A stretch of DNA of 64,000 nucleotides, taken from positions 62,001 to 126,000 of the forward strand of contig JAUCBJ010006887.1 of the NCBI GenBank assembly GCA_032718475.1, in the 5' to 3' direction. A model generated the notes under the pieces. That model saw only the letters and a list, made by a program, of their open reading frames with translations, had not been told where the DNA came from and searched no databases. Positions 47,121 through 58,111 of this stretch are shown piece by piece (the first letter of the stretch is position 1; the number at the start of each line of letters is the position of its first letter). Made by a program: the position numbers and the translations under genes. Source of the stretch: Nemertoderma westbladi (lineage: Eukaryota; Animalia; Xenacoelomorpha).

Positions 47121-47930
47121 GGTGCCGTACGTGGTACCGTACGTGGTACCGTGCGTGGAGCCGTACGTGGTACCGTACGTGGTACCGTACGTGGTACTGT
47201 ACGTGGTACCGTACGTGGTACCGTACGTGGTACCGTACGTGGTACCGTACGTGGTGCCGTACGTGGTACCGTATGTGGAGCCGTACGTGGTGCCGTACGT
47301 GGTGCCGTACGTGGTACTGTACGTGGTACCGTACGTGGTACTGTACGTGGTACCGTACGTGGTGCCGTACGTGGTACCGTACGTGGTGCCGTACGTGGTA
47401 CTGTACGTGGTACCGTACGTGGTGCCGTACGTGATGCCGTACGTAGTACCGTACGTGGTGCCGTACGTAGTACCGTACGTGGTGCCGTACGTAGTACCGT
47501 ACGTGGTACCGTACGTGGTGCCGTACGTGGTACCGTACGTGGTACCGTACGTGGTGCCGTACGTGGTGCCGTACGTGGTGCCGTACGTGGTACCGTACGT
47601 GGTGCCGTGCGTGGTGCCGTACGTGGTGCCGTACGTGGTACCGTACGTGGTGCCGTACGTGGTGCCGTACGTGGTGCCGTACGTGGTACCGTACGTGTTG
47701 CCGTACGTGGTGCCGTACGTGGTACCGTACGTGGTACCGTACGTGGTGCCGTACGTGGTGCCGTACGTGTTGCCGTACGTGGTACCGTACGTGGTGCCGT
47801 GCGTGGTGCCGTACGTGGTACCGTACGTGGTGCCGTACGTGGTGCCGTACGTGGTGCCGTACGTGGTACCGTACGTGGTGCCGTACGTGGTGCGTACGTG
47901 GTACCGTACGTGGGGGTACCGTACGTGGTG
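47121..47930. repeat. 12-bp satellite (ccgtacgtggtR)n, ~67 copies
   Basis: Direct tandem array rich in GTAC, GGTACC and CGTACG palindromes. Confidence 0.98.
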
Positions 47931-48235
47931 TGAAAGAAAGGCAACTTATTGGCCTAAAAATAGCGGGCATTTGTGTTCAAATACATTGGATGCATAAAAA
48001 CAGCTAAAAAGGCGGAATGCACCGCGAAAATGAAAGTAATATTGCCCCCTGCTATCGCAAATCATTACATTTCACTAACACCGGGAATATTTACCGGTAC
48101 CTTACTAATACTACAGTATAATCGGACTGATGCATTGGAACTGCACATTGAGATGCTAAGCCAGCTTAACAAAAACATTTTGTCACCACCAGCATTCCAC
48201 AATTGGCAATCACGATGCAGCTTGCATTAAGAATG

Positions 48236-48990
48236 CTATGCCGGCGTATCAACAAAGTTACACCGCCACAACTCCCTATCCCCCATGACTTTCGCGAGAT
48301 TAGCGGCATCTTCAAGGCCAGTGCCCTTTACGAGGCGTTTTACGAAAGTCCTGGGCTGTCCACCATGCTTATTCACTCCATGAGGCTGCCAAAGTACAAG
48401 ATTATGCACTGGCTGGTCCTCACGGCGAAAACAATGTCCTGCAAAGCGGAGGCGATTTTGTTCTAGTGTCAAGCTTAGGGGAACCAATGAGACACCTCCA
48501 ATGTTATATAGTGTCTGGTTGGAGATGTGGGCATCGTACTTGACACAGTGAACCCGGCGTAGCATTCTTGTGAATGTGCCATCCAGAGATTTGGTGTCCT
48601 CATAAGTTAGAGCCCAGCATGCACTCCCATAGAGGAGTACTGGAACTACTGCTGCCCTAAATAATCGGACCTTTAACCGATCAGAGATTTACTGAGGACT
48701 TTCAAAGTTAACTGTCAAAATTTTGGAGTTCTTTTTGGAGTTAACAGAAAGGCCAACTCTAGTGAGGCTCCCTCTAGTGATTCTGAGAGTACTCCTAAGT
48801 CATCAGCAGTCTAGATCAGTTAGGTACTTGGCAGGATTTCCTCGACTTCTGGAGCCAGTAGGTGGAGTTACCATCACCCCATCATCATTATGATGATCTA
48901 AGGACAAGCGTAGAACATAGTCAACCACAATTATGAACAAGAATGGTGCAAGTGTGTCTCCCTGAGGAGACTCTCTACATAACATTTCGA
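48236..48990 (-). pseudogene. Degenerate non-LTR retrotransposon (RTE-like) RT and C-terminal fragment
   Basis: QGDTLAPFLFIIVVDYVLR...TDLD; RLKVRLFRAAVVPVLLYG; RLRFAGHCFRREDQPVHNLVLW; broken by frameshifts and deletions. Confidence 0.85.
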
Positions 48991-49383
48991 ATTGTACTGC
49001 GCCACCGTCAACAGTAGACATGTTGTCGAACCATCGTATACTGATCTGATTGCTGGAATATTTCCAGAAATCCCATATAATGAAAGTATGCTGAGCGAGA
49101 GACTGAATCAAATGCCAAATTCCCCGAAAAGAACCATAGAGTGTTAGGTTGAATATTTACCGGTATCTTGAGCTTGATGTTAAATATAAGAACAAATAAT
49201 GGAATTTTCTGTAAACCAACGACGACTTATTTCACTATTTCGACTTTCTACGCAATGTAAAAAATATGAAGAGAAACCTTGTTACTTTATGACCCTTTTC
49301 TCATGTAATAAATAGCTGGCCTATCGGAAAAGGCATATTCTGTATCGTAATTTTGATTGATAAAATATGAGACCAGATATAAT

Positions 49384-50343
49384 TTAGGTTTTTAAAATAG
49401 TAAAACTTTCCCTCATTTCCTTGTAATTATGAAACCCCGAATTCGGTGTAACGAGTTTCTGCCATGCTTCATCTATTTTATTGGCAACGTTTTGGGAAAT
49501 ATTCGACTTCCCCTGACCAATGCCGCCGCCACTCAGCCGAACTTTGGGCGCCATAAATCTATCCAATTCTTCTGGTTTGCGTTTCATTACAGCGAGATGG
49601 AAGAGCGTCTGGGACGGGCGGTCATCAAACTTATCAACATTGGAACTCATATAATCGAAAGTCGATCTGCTCAGAACTAATTCCTTTAATTTACGAGTCA
49701 AAGGAACCCCAATAAACCCGGAGATCCTTTCGAGACATAGGTCAATGTCCTCATGTAAATCTTCGTAATGTAACCAGAGTAGATTAGGATTGGAATAACG
49801 AGGAATCCAAGAAGCCAAGTTTCCCCAGTAATCGAAAAATACCGCATCTCTGTAGTGCATAAGAACTGAATCGATAAAGTTTTCGAAATCTCGGTTGAAA
49901 TTATCTGTTTCTGTCCCCAACATGACTGAAAGGTACCGATACATAGAATACATGGTGTCTACCGGGTCGCGTATTATATAGATATATCGGCATCCTTTAG
50001 GTACCCAGTCGTAAGTATCGTGGTTCTTAAAACACCTCGGAAACCATTTCTGTTCGATATTAATATTGATATTGTAGTCGATCCATTGAGGGGCCAGATA
50101 CGGGATCACGGAATCGATCTCATCGAACTCGTCGTCCCCACCGGTTCTCAGCTGGTGGACAATCTGTTGGACCCACGTGGTTCCGGTTTTACCCGGAGAT
50201 ACGATGAGTGTGTCGGTATCTCGCGGCTCCCGCAGTCTCGGAGGCGGCGTCGGAGTTACATGAGTAGCGAAGTATTCCCGTATTGACGCGAAAGTGTCAA
50301 GGGGTTTGAAAGGGCCTCCCGGGAATTTAACTGGGTTTTCCAT
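49384..50343 (-). CDS. PAPS-dependent sulfotransferase (Sulfotransfer_1 family), intronless
   Basis: 5'-PSB loop SPGKTGTTW; KNH catalytic His position; 3'-PB RDPVDTMYS; LHYEDL; C-terminal KVR...GGGIG; 319 aa is full length for the family. Confidence 0.93.
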   Translation of the reverse strand: MENPVKFPGGPFKPLDTFASIREYFATHVTPTPPPRLREPRDTDTLIVSPGKTGTTWVQQIVHQLRTGGDDEFDEIDSVIPYLAPQWIDYNININIEQKWFPRCFKNHDTYDWVPKGCRYIYIIRDPVDTMYSMYRYLSVMLGTETDNFNRDFENFIDSVLMHYRDAVFFDYWGNLASWIPRYSNPNLLWLHYEDLHEDIDLCLERISGFIGVPLTRKLKELVLSRSTFDYMSSNVDKFDDRPSQTLFHLAVMKRKPEELDRFMAPKVRLSGGGIGQGKSNISQNVANKIDEAWQKLVTPNSGFHNYKEMRESFTILKT

Positions 50344-50817
50344 TTTACATATTTAATCAATTTAAATTTATTCAGTAATTAATTTCAAAAATCCAATTTA
50401 TAAAGGCATTTAATGACAAATAAATCACAATGCATTTATCGCATTCGATAATGTTTAAGTATATTTATCAATGCACACAGAGAAAAAGAAATAGGAGAAA
50501 TAGGCCTACGGTATAATAGTAATACTATTCATATAAATATTATAAAGTTGATAAACAATAAGCTAACAACAATATGTAGGAGTATACTGTATTGAGGCCT
50601 AAATAACACTGAGAAGGGGTTGGGGGGTGGCATGCCTGAGACTACAGTATATTGTTCTACATTGGTGTGGGGTTGGGGTCTGGACTAAACGTTAAGTAAC
50701 GCTAAAATTCTAAACAGGAAATTAATTTTTTTCAATTCAATTTCTAAACTAATTAATATAATTATATTAAATCGCATCAGGGATCCCATTAAGAGACTGC
50801 TACGCGGCTACAGTACG

Positions 50818-50956
50818 TTCCATAAAGGTCGTGGGACCATGGAGCCCATTTTAGCACTTGGAAGGATAATTGAAGAGTTATCAAAAAAGAAAGACAGCCA
50901 TATGGCCGTTATCTTTGTTGAATTATTCAAGGCTTTCTTCGATTCAGTCTCTCGAT
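50818..50956 (+). pseudogene. Short LINE (RTE-like) RT N-terminal fragment
   Basis: Manual translation FHKGRGTMEPILALGRIIEE...VIFVELFKAFFDSVSR resembles the GFRxxRST...FVDFxKAFDSV block of LINE RTs. Confidence 0.65.
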
Positions 50957-53437
50957 CACATACTGTATGTTACTGCATACCCATATGCTAAAGCTTCGCT
51001 CACTTCGTGGCTCGCCCCACAACGCAAACGCCAATTATATAACTAAGTTAGATAATGGTGCCTGCTGGACCCGAAACGTCGTATTTGTATTTACTGCCTG
51101 TAACATTTGTTGTGTATATATAATTAAAATGAAATTTAAATGGGTTGTAATTGCTATTGTTTTCTTAATTTCACTGCTAAGATTCCCCACCAATGAACCA
51201 CTAACTAAGTTAGTTTTCTTGCTGTTGTCTCTTTGTGGCACACATCGCCGGTGTTTTGGCCAGCTAAATTAAATTTAAATTTGCGATATGTTTTTTGGAT
51301 GCTGATCACGATTATGGAATAAAAATTTAACATAGTAGAAAATTTCTGGTAATTTGGTATGTGCACCCTAAGTCACGAAAAAACAAGTAGTGTGAATTGG
51401 ATAATAAAAAATCACCACCTTATCAACCGGATTTTATGAGCATCTGTGGACTGGGATGCTGAACACAACAACAAATATGGCACTTAAAAATATCGTTTCT
51501 GAATGATAATGGTTTCCCTTGGAGATGTATTGATTGCTTCACGGCCCCTGTGCTTCAAGTACAACACCCACCACCACCAGTCACGTACCTAAATTATCTA
51601 CAAATCTTAATGAGATTTTATGGTAGTTTGTTATTTTGGATTTAAATCTGGGGATGTTTTCATAATAATAATAATGCAGTAATCGCCATTTGTAACACAT
51701 CGAATTTTTATCGTGAAGGCCAGAATTTGTATTCAGGATTTCAAACGGTTATTGTTATGTTACAGTATATAAATCTATAAACTCAAAATAGTGGTTATTG
51801 TTTTTATTGCTTATTTGAATTCCCCTCTTTGCACAGACTGTTTGTTTATTGTTACAGTATAGTGAAAGTGTAAGTGTAGTATACACGTGTGTAAAATAAT
51901 GAAGGTCAGTTCCCAACATTTAGCAAACAAGTTTCTGCTACAAGAATGCCGGTATTTCTCTACATTATCTAGTTTGATTCTATTAAAAGTTTAGAACGCT
52001 AAGATCTGATGAGAAATTTAAACGTCGCTGTTAAATCAAATGCCAATTATGTTCATTCAATATATTATTAAAATCTGTGTAACAATAATATAACCACAGG
52101 GTACATCGTTACGTTAACAACCACAAACCGACTCAACCTCTAAATAATTTAGTAAGTTTACCTAGGGAAAAAATTATGTTAGCTAAAAATATAATATTAT
52201 TAGACTACTGTATGTAATATGTAATGGTTGGTAGCAACAGACCCATAAAATAAAATTATTAATTTAATATGAAAAAAACTGTGTACACAAAGTAAAATAA
52301 AGGCACATTGTTTAAAAATTAAAAAAAGTTAAATATTATTACAGGTAACAGCGCAAATGGAACAACGAGTTACGAATAATTATTAATCATACATAAAATG
52401 TTAAACATACAATTAAGAATTAACAATATTATAACCTACATGGCGACAGGTTTGACTCTCAAAAAATAATTAATTTTAAATAACGACCTACTTATAACTT
52501 ATGGTTTTCTGAACTTTTACGGGAAATGTTGTTTTCACCGGAAATGCAGCAGTATCACAAAAATAGGTAACTGTGGAACAAAGTAATATGCAGTCCAGAC
52601 GAAAAAACCTAAGGCACATTGGTATGAATAACTGTGACCTGTAAAATTCCCCTTTCACCAAAATATAATGCTGAATCGCTTTGAATCTCGCCTTCAAGAC
52701 AACTTAAATCCACAGCAAAAAACAAGAAATTAAATAAAAAAAATTCTTCCTTCCTAAGCAAGTTACAATAAAAGAACATATTATTAGTTGCTTGTGGTCA
52801 ATGTTTGGGTTAACGCCAGCATTAACCAATGTAGTTTAGTATAGTACCAAACTTACTCCCCTTAACCAACACAAAATAAACAAAAACCCTCCATGGTTTA
52901 ATGCTAAGCTATATTGCACGAATCTAATCTACGTTAAAGATACACTTAGAGATAATAATAATATATTGATAAAAAGAAAAATGATAATATTCACAAATTC
53001 ACAATAAATTAAATATTTAACAATAGAAAAAAGCATCGTGGGATTAGCACAGAATTACATGGAATTATTTCTAAGCGTTTCTGTATTTAATATTGTTACC
53101 CTACAATTAGTACATTAAATTATATAAAATTTAAATAATATCTACAGTTTCGTAGAATGTTTAGATAACATTTAAAGGCTAAATACCTAAGATAAAATGC
53201 TAAATAATTTAGTACTTTATAAGATGATAGTGCGAATCGGGAACTGTAAACCTATAAAGCGATATATTACGACTTGGAGTAAAAGTAATTTTATTCGAAA
53301 ATGGAAATAAATATTTATTATAAAAAGGTTATATTTCTTAACAATTTAATGTGCAAGACTACTCAGTATGTGGTTCTAGTTGATTGTAGCGAAAGTAAAC
53401 ATATGATGTTGCTTAATTAAACCAGAAATTAACCGGA

Positions 53438-53877
53438 AATTTTTAGACCTTAGAACATGTCTTAATTATCGATTATAACCAATTGGTTATTGATTATTGA
53501 CTTAATAAATATTACACATAGGAGATGGTTTAGCGCGAAATTCGAACTCAAATGTTTACCTGAATTTTTCTCAAATGGCCCTTTTTTTTTTTACTAAAAA
53601 TCGATCTCCTCCGCATTTCATAACGGATTTCGATTCTGTTTGGTGGACATTGTAGGTAAAGATTGTGTCTACAGAATAATGGGGCAGATTTTCAAAATTT
53701 TGCTGCAATTAAAAGCTATGACGTCACAAATGTCATTTTTTCATAAAATTTTGTTTTTAAAAAAATTGATGACATTGAATTTCGCGCTACTCCTATTGGT
53801 TAATATTTATTATGTCAATAATCAATAACCAATTGGTTATAATCGATAATTAAGACATGTTCTAAGGTCTAAAAATT
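53438..53877. mobile_element. MITE or non-autonomous DNA transposon with ~64-77 bp inverted repeats
   Basis: aatttttagaccttagaacatgtcttaattatcgattataaccaattggttattgattattgac from 53438, with its exact reverse complement ending at 53877. Confidence 0.75.
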
Positions 53878-54419
53878 ACGCTGAGTCCATTTCTGCAGTG
53901 ATTTAAATTAGTGGAATATTAAAATAGCTGTATCTCAAAAACTAAAAGTCGCATAACGATGCAGATTTTACCATTAAAATCACCGTAAAATTCTGTATTA
54001 GATAAAATTAAAAATAAAACTGTCCAAATTTTACCCTTCTCGGTGAACCCCCCACCCCCCCCCCCCCCCCCCTTCCGTATATCCCTTAAATATTATTCCT
54101 ATTTTCGAATAAAAACACTAAATATAATTTCGCGGAATCTACAAGTAAATTACTCGTACTAACTACAACCTGCGTTTGTTTAAGGCACTGGCTCAGATAG
54201 AGTGGAATATATTTTAGGATGAGCCCTAATATTGGCTGTGATCCGAGTTTACCAACACATTTACACACAATCGACCACCGACCTACTTATTAGGGATATT
54301 TGAAGACGTTATGTAGATTTTGATTAAATTATATGCCGTCGAACTTGAATAACAACAATGTAGACCTTGAATAAATAAATGTGCACAGCACATTAAGTGG
54401 TTAAATTAATCATAATTCT

Positions 54420-55045
54420 CAAGGTCTACACTACAATAATCCAAGGTCTACACTACAATAATCCAAGGTCTACACTACAATAATCCAAGGTCTACACTAC
54501 AATAATCCAAGGTCTTCACTACAATAATCCAAGGTCTACACTACAATAATCCAAGGTCTGCACTACAATAATCCAAGGTCTACACTACAATAATCCAAGG
54601 TCTACACTACAATAATCCAAGGTCTACACTACAATAATCCATGGTCTACACTACAATAATCCAAGGTCTACACTACAATAATCCAAGGTCTACACTACAA
54701 TAATCCAAGGTCTACACTACAATAATCCAAGGTCTACACTACAATAATCCAAGGTCTACACTACAATAATCCAAGGTCTACACTACAATAATCCAAGGTC
54801 TACACTACAATAATCCAAGGTCTACACTACAATAATCCAAGGTCTACACTACAATAATCCAAGGTCTACACTACAATAATCCAAGGTCTACACTACAATA
54901 ATCCAAGGTCTACACTACAATAATCCAAGGTCTACACTACAATAATCCAAGGTCTACACTACAATAATCCAAGGTCTACACTACAATAATCCAAGGTCTA
55001 CACTACAATAATCCAAGGTCTACACTACAATAATCCAAGGTCTAC
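54420..55045. repeat. 22-bp minisatellite (ccaaggtctacactacaataat)n, ~28 copies
   Basis: Near-perfect tandem array; an inverted partial unit (tgtagaccttgaa) lies at ~54360. Confidence 0.98.
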
Positions 55046-56642
55046 CATATTGAATCCAATCACATGTAAGGTTGTATACAGATAATAGTTTTATAAATTT
55101 ATTGTATTATTTTGGCAGTTCATCAGTAAAGTTTACAAAACCAATATATAACTAACTGTAATACATTTACTATTGTTGGCTGTATACAGCAATCAGTTTA
55201 AATACTCGTTCAAGGTCTATATTTTTCTACCTAGATCGAGAATTAGTTGTCAATAGACCCTCTCCACCCAGCGAAACTTTAATTAGGTGAACTGTATTCA
55301 GTTGTAATCCCGTTCGTTTAATAATAATTCAATAAATGGAAAAAGTGCCAGTGAAGTCAACATTGGAACTGTATTAATTAATTCACTTCGTCGCTCTACT
55401 GCTAACTACCCATTTATGTTGAGAAGTTTTATCGAGTAATTTAATTTGATATAAAAAGCAGCAAATTTTATTTTGGCGTTCATTAGATACAACCGTTTAA
55501 ACATTTTCGTATAAATTAATCACTCTATCTGAGTCAGTACCGTAAATATAACTATTATTAAAAAAATATATAAGAAATATTCCCAAACTAAAACTGCAAG
55601 AAACATCGAAAAATATTTTTTATTTTTTATTAAAAATAACCAGATAACTCAAAAAAACAAAATATAACATCATTGATAATAATTTTAAACATTACAGCTG
55701 GTTGTTATTCTGAATAAAAACAACATGTACAGTTTACATATAAACTCACAGCCGTCACAGGTTTACAATTCACACTTCTATCAAATTAAATGAAACGTTT
55801 CCACAACAATTCGTGAGAAATTGTTTTATTTCTTAAAATAGTCAATAAGTATAAGATACAGTCTATCTAAACGAATCCTTTATGGTGGGATAAATAGTAC
55901 CAGAAGTGAAAATATATAATACAAAAAATAAACACAATTACATTAATAAATTTACTTCAAACAGAGTAAATATAATATGGACAGAAATTTATGAAATTAA
56001 GTATTTCGATAAATTGTAATATTGTTTAATATTTACTAATATGTTGCAATAATAATATCAGGACTACGCACACATTAGACATGAGTTCTACCAGGTGGTT
56101 GGGAATGTAAACGCAATAGAATGTGTTTATTGAATGAGTGCATTAAGAAATAAACAACCCATGTAGACTGGTCCAAAAACTACAGTAATTTCAACTTTAC
56201 AGGTCTTCCCGGCTGGAAGTATTAATTTGGGCTTCAACATCGTTGTTGAGGTGAATCCGATTTGAAGAAAATCTAGTTAGCAACAATGACGTCACATGGA
56301 GGTAGTGCGACAGCGTCATAACTCACATAATTGCGATGACGAAGTGGTTGTACTTACATTGGGGGGACTCGACGCAAATCCTATCTCAGCGAATTAATAT
56401 CTCGCCTCAATGTTAAATCCCCAATATATGGAATGGAACAATATGTGGACAGATAATTGGAGTCAGCCGTGCAATAAATATCTCGATAGCTACATCATCT
56501 TCGCTTTTTGACCACGACAATGGGGGTTGTGAAGCTATCACATTACTATTACACATTGGAATTTTAGTTAGAATTTTGCACGTTAAATTTCAACAAATCG
56601 TTATAAACCCCAAACTAACGTGTGACTACAAAACAAAGACCC

Positions 56643-57295
56643 AATAGGGTTGGTGCGCGAAACAATTGTTGGGCTAGAAACAATTGAATAAGGGGAACAA
56701 GGTGGGTGCCCTGAATCGAGTGGCGGGTGTGTTTTTTTGTAAAAACACCCCGGGAAGCCAATTTTGAAAATCGGCTGTGATTGGCTGCTACATATTTGAC
56801 GTCATTACACAGTGCTCTGATAATTTCTTAACTTGTTTCTATGGAGAGAGATTTTCGATCGATTCAAATACATATTAAATCTCAATCATTTCACAAGTGG
56901 CTTATATCAATTGAAAGCGGAGAGTCTGGAAACGACATTATATCACCATGAATTTAATTAATTGTAGTGTCAAAAGACGCGCAAGACTCTCCGCTTTCAA
57001 TACATTGATATAAGCCACGTGTGAAATGATTGAGATTTAATATGTATTTGAATCGATCGAAAATCTCTATCCTTAGAATCCAAGATAATAAATTATCAGA
57101 GCACTGTGTATGTGTAATGACGTCAAATATGTAGCAGCCAATCACATTGGCTTCCCGGGCTTACTTAAACCCGCCATTTCGACCGTATCCTCGTGTTTTT
57201 ACAAAAAACACACCCCGCCACTCGATTCAGGGCACCTTGTTACCCCTTATTCAATTATTTCTAGCCCAACATTTTTTTCGCGCACCAATCCTATT
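56643..57295. mobile_element. Foldback element with ~285-bp imperfect inverted arms and a short spacer
   Basis: 56643-56927 is the reverse complement of ~56985-57295 (e.g. ggtgccctgaatcgagtggcggg / cccgccactcgattcagggcacc). Confidence 0.8.
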
Positions 57296-57317
57296 AAGTA
57301 ACCTGCATAATCTTGCA

Positions 57318-57914
57318 ACATGTGTTAATTTTCGTTTATTGTTTTGGTTCCCATAACACGGTTCTCTAACCTGCTCCTTTACTAATCTGCACCTTTAAAT
57401 GGCAATGGGACCTAACGCTCTTGGTGACCTGTACAAAACAAAGAGGTAAAGTTGCGTTAGGTCCCAAAGAACGTTAAGTTCTAAGAACGTGTGTCACAGT
57501 GTCCGAGTGGATACGGCGCCTGAACTGCTTACACAATAGTGTTTGGTGGCGCAGGTTCGAATCCGACTAAAGGCTGTAGAAATTTCGCACTGTTGTGTCC
57601 CTAGGCAAGACACTTTAGACATTAGTGCCTACGTCAACCCAGCGGTATAATGGGAACCTGGCTTTGCTGGGGTAATGATAATAAAAGCGCTTTGAGTATG
57701 CTGAGCGTAGAAAGGCGCTATATAAATAACCAATATTATTATTATTATTAAGTCCCAAAGAGCGTTAGGGCCCTAAGAGCGTTAGGGCCATAAGAGCGTT
57801 AGGGCCCTAAGAGCATTAGGTCCCATTGCCATTTAAAGGGGCAGGTTAGTAAAGGAGCAGGTTACAGAGGCGTGTTGGGGGAACTAAAACAATAAACGAA
57901 AGTTAACATATGTT
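57318..57914. mobile_element. MITE with ~105-bp inverted repeats and internal 19-bp subrepeats, interrupted by a SINE
   Basis: taacctgctcctttactaa...tttaaatggcaatgggacctaa on the left with its reverse complement on the right; related fragments at ~62115-62270. Confidence 0.75.
57493..57750 (+). mobile_element. tRNA-derived SINE with a CORE-like middle and an L2-like 3' tail
   Basis: A box TGTCCGAGTGG, B box GGTTCGAATCC, tgtgtccctaggcaagacactt...tcaacccagcggtataatggg, tail aagcgctttgag...aaggcgctatataaat(tta)n. Confidence 0.85.
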
Positions 57915-58111
57915 TTGTACAGGTCTTTATTCTTTGGGTCTTTGATTCGTAGTGAATGTAGACACTTCCAAATTAACACTAATAGACAGAACCAGTCATG
58001 GTAAATATTATTCTCATACAAATGAAGATAGGCAGTAGAGACACAGAGAACACATTGATCCAGAAAATATAATTGTCATAACAAAACTTAAAAATGTTTC
58101 AAATCTAAAAG

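Noticed and set aside
46996-47997. Five long ORFs (VRHH, PRTV, VRGT, RTWY, VVPY repeats)
   Set aside because: Translations of a stop-free 12-bp satellite.
57493-57570. tRNA gene
   Set aside because: A and B boxes are present but the acceptor stem is not, and it continues into CORE-like and L2-like tail sequence, so it is a SINE head.
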